From Pecten maximus (lineage: Eukaryota), in the NCBI RefSeq assembly GCF_902652985.1, contig NC_047015.1, forward strand, positions 34,100,001-34,164,000: a stretch of DNA of 64,000 bases, in the 5' to 3' direction. Both the position numbers and the translations under genes were made by a program. The notes beneath the pieces are model-generated. The model was given only the letters and a program-made list of their open reading frames with translations, did not search any database and was not told the DNA's origin. The first letter of the stretch is position 1, and every line of letters begins with the position of its first letter. Shown here piece after piece: positions 13,961-28,289 of the stretch.

Positions 13961-15399
13961 AAAATGTAATGTTAAACCAGTTTAATGAATCATGTATATT
14001 GTTTTCCATGCTAATTGACCAACCAGATATCAGAATTCATTGTGAAGAATTAGACAATAGTACAATACTCATAATGTCCCATTACTGTAATGCAAAATAC
14101 AGTCTAAAACAGGAGTCATCCTGTAGAAAAATGACCTTAGATTATACAATAGGTGTGTATATTATAGAGATACAATCAGCACAGACATTACATTGATATG
14201 AATGCCATGATGTTATCAGCTGTCTGCTATTTATAATTAGGTGCAGAATTCCTCACAGAAGATACAATATATGCTATGAGAATACATGCTGTATTCAGAA
14301 ATATACAAAATTTTGGCAGTTTTTTTTTCAATGTGATCTTCATTTTTTTTCAAAACATGAATAAGACTTTATTGACCAAAGGTACACAAACATAAAAAGT
14401 ATTAGATTGCAAACTTTACTAAAGGTTATTACCATGAAGGAACTAAGACACATATACATTTATTATATACATTTATTTGTTACAGATAAACCCCCTGATT
14501 TATGTCTGACACATCTTAACCTCTGACCCCAGAAGTAGGACCTGTTCCTACCAGGGTATCGTGTTTTTAATGCAATCATCTGATATTCTATATATAAACC
14601 TCACATAATTTAGTTAGCTGGTGTTGTATCCATACATTAATTTGTTATAGCTATATAGGTGGTAGTTGTATCTTATTGATAGTACCACCTAAATGATATG
14701 GTACCAGGAGTTTTGCTGGCATCAACCTTTGACCTATGCAGAGAGGATTTGAATGCTGTGCATATGATAGGTATGTCTGAAGGTCATTCAAATACCACAA
14801 ATTTGTTTCAAGGTAAAAAAAAAAGTCAGAATAGTTCCACCTTAATCATGAACTAAATAGCACTATTGTCTACATTAATAAGTTACTTCAAATACACCGT
14901 ATTTATCCAGCAGTAAGCCCAGCCATCATATCATTGATGGTCATTAAGATTAACAGCAAATCTTTTTACCTAATCAGAGGTAATTATGTGTGGGCTCTTA
15001 CTGGATATTGCAGGATAGGGAAAGATATCTGAATAGATTTTTCTGTATTAATATTGAGAAGTTGATTTTGATATCCCAGTATGGAGACCAGTATTACATA
15101 TAGATCGGAATGTTATAGAATAGTACATCCATGTGTTTGGTTATGATGATGAGATGTGTTGAACATAAGCAGTATCCTTATAAATTTCCCTAAGCCATCA
15201 CAACATGATATATAGTCACTAGCTTGAACATTCACTTTGTAAATATATATTGTATGTATGATATATACATCATCAGGCAAACTGAAGTTTTTTTTTATTT
15301 TTTAATCAACCTGTTATGCAGTGAAATCGCCCATGTAATATTTTTGCATATATCTCTAGTGTAATATAACCTGGAGTGTTTTTCTTTGGCTGTGCTAGT

Positions 15400-15571
15400 C
15401 AGAAATCCATTGTGACATCATAATATGGACCCTGAAATAAAAAATCTGATATCCATCGGTAATATCTACAGCATATCTAATATAGGAGCCAGAAATCCAT
15501 TGTGACATCATAATATGGACCCTGAAATAAAATATCTGATATCCATCGGTAATATCTACAGCATATCTAAT
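15400..15571. repeat. 90-bp tandem duplication (2 copies)
   Basis: cagaaatccattgtgacatcat...gcatatctaat at 15400 and 15490. Confidence 0.9.
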
Positions 15572-16283
15572 TTAAAATGATTTTGATTGCAATTTTCATT
15601 CATATGTTTTTCAATGAATTTTGAAATATTACTCAAATAGTTAACCCTTTCATAATCATTCAATTACCGGTAACTCTTAATTCTGATTAGAAATTACTTG
15701 AATTGCTTTTGAGATTGAACTCTACTGAATGCAATTTCAGCATCGATTTCATGAAGGAGCTGATTGTGTAAATGATATGCAGTGCAAACAGTTTCAAAGT
15801 CACCAATCTGCAGCTGGCTTTTGGCTTAAAAAAGATTTTTTTCTCTAGCTCAGGGTTAGACTTTAAGTGTAGGGTCACATAGGTTCAGTCCCCAGTGAAA
15901 CCTAGCGTCTTTCTATACCATTACATACATCGCCACTTGTTAAATGGGTCTGGACAAATTATCTGATATTTGACTTTACTATTGACTACCCTTTTAAGCA
16001 TAAGAAAACACACACCAATTATATTCATAATCATGGACTAGATATAGCTTACACTAATGACGGTGACTTTGTACACCCTAATGAACTAAGAAAATACAGC
16101 TCAAAGATCGTTAGCATGATGCATGTGTACTTGTGTGAGCATTCATCATTGTAAACAGTAAAAAGCATTATTGACATAGTCTAAGATAGCTATTTTTGTT
16201 CTGTACTGAGACAGCCAGGTATTTATGGATAGCATTTGGTTGGCGATAACTAAATAATGCAAGCTCCATTAAATGATTAGTTA

Positions 16284-17685
16284 GCTGTACTCAAAAGGTG
16301 GCATATTCATGGTAGTGCTGGGTGGCTGTACTCAAAAGGTGGCAAATTCATGGTAGTGCTGGGTGGCTGTACCCAAAAGGTGGCATATTCATGGTAGTGC
16401 TGGGTGGCTGTACCCAAAAGGTGGCATATTCATGGTAGTGCTGGGTGGCTGTACCAAGAAGGTGGCATATTCATGGTAGTGTTGGGTGGCTGTACCGAAA
16501 AGGTGGCATATTCATGGTAGTGCTGGGTGGCTGTACCCAAAAGGTGGCATATTCATGGTAGTGCTGGGTGGCTGTACCCAAAAGGTGGCATATTCATGGT
16601 AGTGCTGGGTGACTGTACCCAAAAGGTGGCATATTCATGGTAGTGCTGGGTGACTGTACCCAAAAGGTGGCATATTCATGGTAGTGCTGGTGGCTGTACT
16701 CAAAAGGTGGCATATTCATGGTAGTGCTGGGTGGCTGTACCCAAAAGGTGGCATATTCATGGTAGTGCTGGGTGACTGTACCCAAAAGGTGGCATATTCA
16801 TGGTAGTGCTGGGTGGCTGTACCCAAAAGGTGGCATATTCATGGTAGTGCTGGGTGGCTGTACCCAGAAGGTGGTATATTCATGGTAGTGCTGGGTGGCT
16901 GTACCCAAAAGGTGGCATATTCATGGTAGTGCTGGGTGGCTGTACCCAAAAGGTGGCATATTCATGGTAGTGCTGGGTGACTGTACCCAAAAGGTGGCAT
17001 ATTCATGGTAGTGCTGGGTGGCTGTACCCGAATGGTGCAAGATTCATGATATCGTGGGTCATGATACACCAATGGTGCATGATTCATTAAAGTCTTTGGT
17101 GGCTGTACTCAAATGGTGCAAGATTCATGATAGTTTTTGGTAGCTGTAACCAAATGGTGCAAGATTCATGATAGTCTTGGGTGACTGTACCCAAATGGTG
17201 CAAGATTCATGATAGTTTTTGGTAGCTGTAACCAAATGGTGCAAGATTCATGATAGTCTTGGGTGACTGTACCCAAATGGTGCAAGATTCATGATAGTTT
17301 TTGGTCGCTCTAACCAACTGGTGCAAGATTCATGATAGTCTTGGGTGACTGTACCCAAATGGTGCAAGATTCATGATAGTTTTTGGTCGCTCTAACCAAC
17401 TGGTGCAAGATTCATGATAGTGTTGGGTGACTGTACCCAAATGGTGTCAGTTTCATGATAGTTTTTGGTGGCTGTACCCAAATGATGCCAGATTCATGAT
17501 ATCGTGGGTCGCGATACACCAATGGTGTCAGATTCATGAAAGTCTTTGGTGGCTCTACCCAAATGGTGCCAGATTCATGATAGTCATGTGTGACTGTACC
17601 CAAATGGTGTCAGTTTCATGACGGTCTTTGGTGACTGTACCCAAAGAGTGCCAGGTTCATGATAAATTTGGGTGACTCTACCCAG
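16284..17685. repeat. 41-bp minisatellite, ~34 copies, two sub-types
   Basis: Unit ctgtacccaaaaggtggcatattcatggtagtgctgggtgg to ~17030, then variant ctgtacccaaatggtgcaagattcatgatag.... Confidence 0.97.
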
Positions 17686-20600
17686 TGTCAGTAACTGGAA
17701 GGTGTCAGCTTCCAGAATACCTACTTGGTCAGCAGGTAGCACCAATGTAACCACTGAATCAGTGGGTCATACCAGCACATCTACCCATTAAGCCAAGAGA
17801 TTACTGTAGGTGTCTACCCACTAGGCCAAATAGCGAATAGTTCACCACTGTTCGGTGAGTCCTATGTGTGAGACAGTGACACTGATCGTCTGTCGGCACA
17901 CTGCCACTATATTTCTGTCATAGTACACAGTGGAGGATTGGAGTAAAGGATCTAGATTACACTGAGCTGCCAGCTTTAAATGTTTCAAGTGCTGTAAGCT
18001 TACCATTTACTTAATTAATATTTCACACTGTAATTTCACTTAGTATTTAAAATTTGATTTTAAAAGGTAAATTTTTCTTAATGACTGAAAAATTTGTTTT
18101 CTTCGGGACGAATTCTCTAACATTTATTTCACAAAATGATATTTCAAATTTTCAAAATTGGATTTTTTATTTGATGTTGATTATTTTCAATATCTTGGGT
18201 ATTTTTTCACAATGAAATAACCTTTCTAGATGTTGATCAGCTTTGGTTAATGAACTTTAATACACTATTTACTTTTAAAAAAGAATACATATATATATAT
18301 TTAATTTTTATACACTCTGTACTTTTTAAAGAAAAAAAAAAATTTATTGATGAAAACCCTAAGCTAACAATGCATTGACAAGTTGATTTTGGTAGGTATC
18401 TATAGGTATACAGTGTTTAGTGATACAAAGTGTATTACCTCACACAAGACCTTGGGTTTAGGTAATCCTGTGGCCTTTTATCAAAAAGGTCACCTAATAA
18501 CAGTATATTGGATCAAGTGTATGCAGGTTACAAAAGAGAATTTAAATTTTGAGAATTATTGTATAAAATCGGTGAAGAATGATAATTGTGTAACATTGGA
18601 AGTTACGTCTTCAGTTCCTGTATAAACACAGGTGTGTGGAGATACTGTTATTACCTGGTCTGTCGTTAACAGGTATATACTGTACATATACAGTCACTAT
18701 CAGCTGTTTCTTGACTTCGGCCCAGATGTTTGATCAAGTGTAAGTATGTCATGTATATCTGTCTCTGTTTAAGTGTTGTGGGGTTTTCCTACATGATACT
18801 TCTATAAATATAACTTGCAGGTATATACATACAAGTTAAGTAAGGCATGCAGGTAAGCTATGATCTTTTGGATTATATATAGTGATTGTTATAGTTTTGT
18901 CATTGACTTTTAATCAGAACAACTTCCATAATAGAAAATGTTCAAATTGTTTATACATTTCCAGAAAGCTCATTTGAATGCATTTGTAATTAAATTGCAA
19001 GCAAAACTGCACGCATGTATGAATTAGCAATAATTACAATGCCATTTGGGAATAATTTCAAGGATTCACTGTCCCGATTACTTTCGAAAAAGTGAATGCC
19101 ATTCACCAGATTCAACAACATTTATATTGAGCTGTATACATCTTTATAATATCTAATCACATTTACTGATGAACGTGTGAATGATATATTTATATGAGCC
19201 CCCATCTACGCCTTTGTTGACAAGGAAGGCTAGCTTCAATAACAACAAATGTCTTCATGAGATCTGGCCATGGCAGCAGCCAGTGCAACCCTCTAAGCAT
19301 AGAAGCTTTGTTCAGACACACCTTTGGCATTTGAGTTAAAACAGTTAAAAGTGAAGACATTTGGAAATGGGCCTCCAGTGGTGCCTCTCTGACAGACAGT
19401 GCTGGTTTTTAGTTCCATGGATGTTGTAATCTAGTTATTGCCCAAATCCTGATTGTGCTTTGTCACCAGGTCACAAGTGCTATTATTTTGTAGGTGACAT
19501 TTGGTTATTGTGTTTGCTGACTTATCAAAGCATGCAATATGTGTAGGGTATGCCTTAATTCTGGGCTGGCAGACTAGATTCATTAAAACAGGTCTGAAAC
19601 CTCCTTCATTTCCTGCAGCTAATGCATTCTTTATGAATAGCATACATTAAACCATGCCTAAGGTACAGTTTATATAATGATTACAATCCATTACGTAAAA
19701 TTAATTTCACCAAAATAAGTTCTGCAGCAAATTTTCTTCCGGTAAAGAATGGCTGAATCAACACGTCTCAAGCATGCAGTGTTAATTTGATATGGATTTT
19801 GTTCTAATTCAATTCCAACCAATACACATGCGCACAGATGCATACATGCATATTACACCTAGCAGGAGCATGTATTGAATTCTCCATAAAGGTACATACA
19901 TCTTCACCAGCCTTAAAATATAGGGTAACAAAATAGAATCATTATCAAGTTAACAAAAACCTATTTATAGCAGTATTTGACATAATTTACAGGAGAACTA
20001 TATATACTTTGATCATTGCCAACTTTTTTTTTTTTACAAGTTGACTTTCATCCCTGGATACATTATGTACGTCTCCAAACTCTGTTATAATTGGAGAGGT
20101 TTAGATGTAGGAGTTATGTCCGTATGTAGTAACTAGGGTTTATTGTACAGGAAATGTTCACAGGATGTATTCATACAGGAGTACTTATATTTTATCAAAT
20201 AACTGGCTTGTTCTACCATGTAATATGGCTTTGTTATAAATATCATAAGACACATGTATAATATATTGTGATGTCTGTAAATAATTCAAATGTCACAATC
20301 ATGATCAATATATGATGCTACATGATTGTCTCTGTAGAGAAAAAACATACTGTCAGAGTCGAAATTCATCTGTTATATAGAAGCTAAGTTAAAAGCTTTT
20401 CACATATGTTCTCATAAATATGATACAGAATCTTACACTCATGGATTTAATTGTCATGGAATCATGTAAGCAAGCAGTTGCTATCATGTTTGGTTATAAA
20501 ATAAGTGTAACTACGGTTATTACTAGTCATAATATTGTTTGTACTATGAATTAATCCTATTACATACAAGAGTGTTATGTATTCTGTAATACTGCATCTC

Positions 20601-22718
20601 CATGTGAACTTAAGGAGTCTTAGGACATAGAGATCAATTCAATGATGACTTTTTATGAGTGTCTGTCCATGTACATGTCTATGTCACTGATGTAAGTGTG
20701 AGATTATGAATGTTAATGTATAGCTCCATTGTCTATATTTCTGTAACTCTTCTTTCTTTCAATTGGAGGAAATAAAGATAATGGACGGTTGTCATTGGTC
20801 AGCGTGGACTGGCCAGTGTCATCTTATAGCTTTACACATGAATGATCATCAATTAATGTTGAGGAAGTTTACTGCTAAGGTTTAGTACAGTTAAGGTGTG
20901 GTAAATTTCCCACTGGTTTATGTGTGACAGGTACACTATGAACAGGCTGGTGACAATATTGTCCCAATAAAGTGTAGATTTTCATAAAAGAGGGTAGCTA
21001 ATTATGGTTGGCAGTACAATCAACAGTCAAGATTCTGATGAATTTTTATATTCTATATATCCTGTAATACACCCAGGACAACAAATTATGTTGACATTTT
21101 AACTTTGCTACAATCCCATAATAGAGATGAGTGGGCTTAAGCTTATTACCAGGCAGGTGCTTATTGCTGGATTTATTTATTTACTTAACAGATTTTATGT
21201 CCACTATTACGACCTTACAGCATTTCAAGAGAGAGTGAGATGGAAGAGAGGGAAGCTGTCTGATCTATCTAACTTATGGTGTTTGGAAAACTCTCCTGGA
21301 TCCAAATTAATCTGAACTTAGCACTGTTTAGTAGTAGCTAAGCTTACCCTACCAAAGACAGAGGGAGAAGTGAAGATGCTACCCTGGCAATTTTAGTTAA
21401 TCTAGCTATATATATATAGGTTTTATATGTTCTGGTGGTTTGTTTATATCCATGATTAGTATTTGTATATTTTTGCCAATTTTGTTCTATCCCCAAAAGA
21501 GCAAAAGTGAAGAATAAATAAACAGTGTTTGTGAAAAAATAAAACCCCTTGAAAATGACCACCTTTACAGTGAATGCTATTCCATGAATCCTAAGTAACA
21601 ATTTCCTACAGTTTTCTGATCGATGTAAAGTCCTATATAAATGACATATGTAGAGTCATAGTCATCCATTAAACTTTCCTTCTTACTGTGGCATTCCATG
21701 AGTGTGGGAGAAACCTACAGCATCGCTAATCAGATAGCATTGAAGACTACCACAAACAGATGGCCTTCATGGCTGGCTTATAGATTAGATAAATATTGGT
21801 CTGACAATTACCTGACCTAGAGCATTATTATAGGCCAATCTGAGTGTGTATATATACAAGGTGATTAGTACTGTGACCCCAGTACTGGGGAATCAACTAT
21901 ACACTGACAGAGATATATAACCAAATACTAGTATGTTGTTAAATTCTGAGTTGAATAAATTAAATTGTAGATACAACGGGCATGGTTTATCCTATTGTTA
22001 AATTCTGAGTGAAATAAATTGCTTTAGGTATATATAGTACATATAAATTTGAACTCCTCACAATACACATGGAATACACATTTAAAGCTCCGATTTCTAG
22101 AAATTTCACATTCCAAATGGACTCTGGTAGGAAACAGTATCATATCCAATTTTGACTGAACTCTGGTTGCTAAGATGAAATGTGAGCGTGATATATCCAC
22201 TCTGCTTGTCATGCATTACAGATTTTATCGCATACAAATTGTGATACACCTTGACTGAAAACCATTCAGATTTTGTGAGAATGCAGCCAGAACTTGAGAG
22301 GTGAGGGGTATATAGAACCAAACTACTCCTCTCGATCTGTCATTAGAACTTGTGATAGTATAATGTAGTATAATGGTGGACTTAAGTCACATTCTTTGAA
22401 TTTTTCCAAAATGAACAGAATTTATTCTTTTTATTTCCCTTGAAATAACTTCTACAACTTGATGTTTTGTTTGTTTGCCATTTTTATTGCCCCGTAAACT
22501 TCCAGGGTCATTTTAAGGTTGGGTCTCCTTGTAGTAGTTGGTGACTACTTCACTGAACAACATACTGGAGGCCCGTCGCAAGTGGTGTAAAGTGTCTTGT
22601 AAATGAATTCAGTGCTGTCATTAATGTGTTGGTTTTTCATTTTCACTTACACATCCGTATTATCTTTTTGTCTTACAGGTTGTGAAGATCTTGTGATGTG
22701 AGCATTGCATCTGTTGCC

Positions 22719-22866
22719 ATGGGAGCAGAGGAGAGCAAGGGAGGTAACTATGGTCTGATGGGGCCGAGTGCGGTAGTGGCTAACATGAACCGCCAGGCAC
22801 AGGCTGCCCGGCCATGGTCACTGCTCCACATGTGCTCACTTGACCAGTGGAAATCTGGACATGCAG
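22719..22866 (+). CDS. Coding exon 1 of a putative myristoylated beta-propeller SOCS-box protein (MGAEESKGG...SGHA)
   Basis: Polypyrimidine acceptor tcttacAG ends at 22678. There is an in-frame upstream TGA at 22683 and a strong Kozak context gccATGG at 22719. The exon has 49 codons + 1 nt, then donor CAG|GTAT. Phase 1 matches the acceptor at 34986 (G+AG = Glu). Not in the ORF track; joined by manual reading. Confidence 0.75.
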
Positions 22867-25854
22867 GTATTTAATAATTCAGGGTCCAAACTAGTACTTC
22901 TAAGTATCATGCCATTAATGTCCGCAATTGTTCTTCCTACCTATGAGTGTCAAATCACAGGATTTTAAGCCAGTCGAATACTTGAATTTCTAGAAACAAT
23001 ATACCATTTTCACTAAAGTCAAATAGTTATTTGTTGAAAGCTGTTTCCTACAAAAGTTTTCCAAATCCATTGTATCTTGCATAAATGTGTTTTACAGATA
23101 CATGGAATGCCTTGTGAAAAAAAGTAACTTAAAGCTGACAGCGCATGTTAAAAAGCTTCTGCTTATATTAAATCGAACCAGGAAAAGGGATAGGATATCC
23201 TTTAAGTTGAATGAAATTGCTTCTCAAAGAAAAAACACTTTAAAATTGATTTGTTCTCGGAGACAATTTTTCTAGCCTCCAATTTCTGTCAGAGTTTGGA
23301 GGGTTGGAAAGCCTAATTTGTTTTACAAACAGCTAACATTTTTCATCATTATGTTAGTTTTTATACAATATTATAGGGGGCCAATACCAACTCATGGCAA
23401 GTTGTTTAAATCATGCTTAAATTGTAGAACCTAACTTTATTCTACGATATACAGGTAATGAATCATACATATAAAAAATTGATGGTTACCGGTACATGTT
23501 TCTCAAATTTGATATTATTAACTCCCCAAAATAAAGTTGGGAGGATACTATCTGCAGTTATCCATTCATCTGTCCGTCTTTTTCTGTTCATAACAAGGTT
23601 GGAGAGAATTTGTTGTCATTCATTCTATAATATTGATAGGATGCTGACATTTTGCAGGGAAGTTCTTTTAGGGTTAATGCTGTTAATGTTTTTACATTTA
23701 CAGCATTCATATCACATCGATATTTGTGTCAGCAGATATGATCTATTCACATGACATTATAAAAGATTCCTTAGTATTTCTACTGCAGACTTACATATCA
23801 TGCAAACATAATGAGACAGTTCTCAATAATGGTAAAATCTGGAGCTTTAAGATAACTAATTATAAGTCTTAAGCATTTAAGTTTTGAAATCTGGTTTTCT
23901 CATTAAAAGTAAAAATACATTTCCTGAAATATTCATTGTAATAAGCCACTTCATTCTGGTTGCAATTCCAGCATAACCAAGAAATAAAGATAAACAAAAT
24001 ACAATTATGATAAAATATTTGAATTCAAAATTATTTGCCAATTTATGTTGGGGATATTTTGGTCTTTTCTGTGTGTATAGCCTGTCCACTAGCCTATATA
24101 TGTTTGTTCCTATTGTCAACATATAATCCTTTAATGTTATGTGTCTTTGATGTTTCAGTCTACTAATGTCTTCTTCATGATCACATCTCCCAACAGATTT
24201 TGTTCCATCAGTATCTCAATGTCCCAATCATTTTCGAGCCATAATGAAATGTCTCATTGTGAGATAAATCTCTTTGTCTCCAATGATTTTTCCTGGTAGA
24301 TGTTTTTCCTGTCTCTTCTTCCCTACATAGCTGTGGGTAGTGATGCATGATATCTGATTGTTTTAGTTTCAAATTCAGTAGGTTAATCAAGACCATTAGA
24401 CAAATGCATCTTGATGCAGGTCCCGATGTATTGTCCTGGAGCGGTTTGCATTTCTTAGGGAGCTGAGGTTGCGTACTGGGGCTATTATGATCGAGTACAG
24501 GGGCATGACAATTGTGTCTCTATTTTTTCTGGAAAACATGCCGTGGGGCACGGTGGATGCATAACCAAGGCAAACACCAGGAATCTTCATCATTGTTCTG
24601 ATCAAAGATCAAAGCTAAGGATAATTTTGCCTGGTCGTTTGTAATGTATATATATGATTGTACCATTGTTGCTCACTCTTTTGCTGCTTAGAAACAATTT
24701 ACTCAGAACATCCGACTAGTGTTTAGGATACCTACATGTAGACTCAAATGTACAATGTTGGTCAATGATCATAAGGTCACAATGAATGTGCATGAAAATC
24801 TATTTGAATTTGTTCTATAATATTTCAATTGTCTGCTTACCTACACCCTACACCATTTTAAAAATATTTATCTGCATAAGAGCCAATTGTCAGAATCTTG
24901 TCCATTCCAGAATTCTAATGGTCAAAGGTCATGCCAGAGTGTACCAGAATTTTGAATTATCATATTTTGCTAAGCAAAAGGACCAAAAAAGTGAAGTAAA
25001 CTTTAAAAATGCCATTATTCTGCTAAATCAAATATCTTTCTTTGTGTTCAAAGCTGTATACATTTTTTACTGAGCTACCTCATGATTTTGATTCCCCACA
25101 GTCTCTCAAATACCCCTTCCCTTTCCCCATGTCTGGTTCCTTCATATTGCACCCACAGAGCTCATCCATGATCACAATCAATCCACTTCAGCTCTTACGA
25201 AAACTGCATGGATTTAGGAGATCTTACAATCAAATCTCCAGCAAATAATTGTGTGCTTTAGCTAGCAGTAATGTCCAATTATGAGTGTGTGGAGAGGTAA
25301 AAGTAGCTGTCTGTGTAGAATCAATAGACTGAGTCACTGTACCAGGTACGGGGACGTCATAGGACAAACGACAGAGGATGGATCAAGGAAGCACTTACCC
25401 AGCATACACACTACAGAACTAACCCAACTTAGCTTAAACATCTAGAGATCTGGGGCATTTAGAAAATCTCTATCTGTATGAAATGATAAAAGATGGGGAT
25501 TTCTGTAAAGTGATGTCTCCAATATTTTCTATCATTTCTGTGAAGTAAATGGTTTCCTGCTTCCTTCAAGCAAATTTCCTTGCATCTTGCTCTGATGAAG
25601 AAATAACTATGAAGGTTAATTTTGTTTGATGGGTGAAAATGTCATGGCTTTACCAAAAAAGATGTATTTTTCATGAAAATGATTAAACAGTCAATGATTT
25701 TCTCTATCAATTTAATTGTTAATGTATCTATTTCTGATGTGTTGTTTTTTTCCCTCGAAAATGGCTAAAAGTGAAAATAACAAACTTCATAGTATGTCCT
25801 TTTGGATGTGTAGAAGATATAAAAGGAATTTCATAGACAGGTCTTAAGAATTTT

Positions 25855-26213
25855 TCATTTTTAGCTCATCTGGCCCGAGATATTTGGTTGGTAGGGTCCT
25901 GGGATGATGCCTGAAAAAAACATGCAAAAAAGATGGATCTTGAACCATTCAAAGTCACAGGGGTCATCTTCGTTAAAACACTGAAACAACTTCTTCCGAT
26001 TAACCAAAAGGTCTAGAACCAAGATATTTGCCTGCTAGTTTCCTAGAATGATACCCAAAAAGAAATGACATTGAATCATATTCAAGGTGACAGCTAGGGG
26101 TCAAATTTGTTAAAGCACAGAAACAAGGTCTCTTTTGTAATAACTGAAAAGCAGAAAATCATCAAGGCAATCAATACCATGTAAGGGATGCAGGTCTATT
26201 GGGCTTCTTGTTG
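25855..26213 (+). mobile_element. Short HINE-like element
   Basis: tttttagctcatctggccc start and ggtctattgggcttcttgtt end, resembling the termini of 4244-5690. Confidence 0.5.
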
Positions 26214-26419
26214 GGTTGTTCTTTGGAAAATGAAAATGTCACATATAACCATGATTTGTATAAACACATTCATGACAGTATTTCTCAGATATAAAATCTA
26301 AAATAACCCTATGTTTTAACTCTATACCTCTTCCTTTTGTCACATCACACAATGCATCTGTTGCTTGAAGTTGTAAAACAGTGGGAGCCTGTGCAAAAAA
26401 GTGTCCCCATGATACAAAG

Positions 26420-26995
26420 TAATTTTGATTGGTCACTGACAATCTCCTGCTGTATTTTGATTGGTCACGGATGTTGACTGACAATCTCTTGGTGTATTTG
26501 GATTGGTCACTGTCAATCTCCAGCTGTAATTTAATTGGTCACGGATGGTGACTGACAATCTCTTGCTGTATTTGGATTGGTCACAGATAGAGACTGACAA
26601 TCTCTTGCTGTATTTGGATTGGTCACTGTCAATCTCCAGCTGTATTTTGATTGGTCACGGATAGAGACTGTCAATCTCTTGCTGTATTTTGTTTGGTCAC
26701 AGATAGAGACTGACAATCTCTTGCTGTATTTTGATTGGTCACAGATAGAGACTGACAATCTCTTGCTGTATTTGGATTGGTCACTGTCAATCTCCAGCTG
26801 TATTTTGATTGGTCACAGATAGAGACTGACAATCTCTTGCTGTATTTGGATTGGTCACTGTCAATCTGTAGCTGTATTTGGATTGGTCACAGATAGAGAC
26901 TGACAATCTCTAGCTGTATTTGGATTGGTCACAGATAGAGACTGACAATCTCTTGCTGTATTTGGATTGGTCACTGTCAATCTCCAGCTGTATTG
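26420..26995. repeat. Composite 42/33-bp minisatellite
   Basis: Long unit ttgctgtatttggattggtcacagatagagactgacaatctc interspersed with a shorter unit lacking the agatagagac segment. Confidence 0.95.
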
Positions 26996-28289
26996 AGACA
27001 TTAAAGATAACTATTCATTAAATATCATTTATAAAATATAGATGATATTCAGCATTAACATTCATTCACTCCAAAAACTCCATTAAGATGAAATTATAAC
27101 ATCACTTGCTACCATACTTAGAGAAAAATGGAAGATCTTGTCATAATTAGCTATTAAAAGTCATGTTATGGTTATCAGATGGAGCGACAACCAACCAAAA
27201 CATCTGCAGTATTTAGATTGAAAATATCATTCATCTTAAAAGTAGGAAAACATGATTGTTTATTTTGTATTAGATCTATGTCCATCCATCAGAGAAATGT
27301 ATTCCTATCTAAAGCATATTAGTTGTCAGGGACACCAGCTTCCCAAACCTAACTTAGTTCCCAATTATGTATAACAAAATCTAACATTATTATTGCACCC
27401 AATTTTTGCCCGTATAATCATTGGGCCTCAATCCTCTGTGTTCGAACAACAACACTCAAACAGACACTTGAAAACCAATTACCTCCACCAGGAAAACTCA
27501 TCTGTCTTACGACTTACACAAACATTCTCTGGCATAAAAGAAATCTGCTGACAATTTTTCAAAATTTGTTGAAGATTTTCCATAAAATTAAGAGGTTCTT
27601 GTTTGAAAAAAAGTCAGCAAGGATTTATAGCCAACCTCAAAATGTTTAAAAGTTATGTTCGAACAAACAGACACTGCAAGTGAGGTATTGATTTTTGAAA
27701 TCTTAGCAGCTGTTGAGACACGGTAGCTGAGGCTTTGTGTTGAGGACAAGTTGAATGAGTGCAGATATACATATCATAGCTGTCACTGGTTTATACTGAC
27801 AACTTTAGGACACATGTCCCACATGGAACACACATGCATCGTGTCATTTGTCAATAGACTTGTTCCTTCTGGTGAGGATTAGTTATTGTTACTGGTACTT
27901 TCATGACATTTTTTGTAACTTGGTACATTGACATTGTGATCTTATTTTCTGCCAATGTTGCAACTTCATACTTTGACATATAGTTTAATTTCCTGACAAT
28001 TTTTGTTACTTGGTATTTAGACATTGTTCTTTTCATTCTTTGCTTTTGTCTTCATTCTTGGGTCAGTTTTATCATGTTGTTCCTCCCTGGGTTATGGCCT
28101 TACTAATAGAATGTTTATTAAGTGACCTTGTTAAGACCAATATCTTGTAATGACACATGTTCACAGAATGTGGATTTGTGTGGCATCATTGTTGCTGGCT
28201 TTGTTGTTATGTTTGTTATTTGACAATGATCAGGGTCCTGGTCCGAGATAATTTAACTTCTTGCTTTGTATGTAATTATAGTGAAGATC

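Noticed and set aside
16284-17685. CRISPR-like regular repeats (also the other arrays)
   Set aside because: Units are contiguous with no unique spacers, there are no cas genes, and the context is eukaryotic.
23900-24640. Possible decayed DIRS-like retroelement coding relic on the minus strand
   Set aside because: Only vague motif resemblance across frameshifts; needs a tblastx/HMM search.
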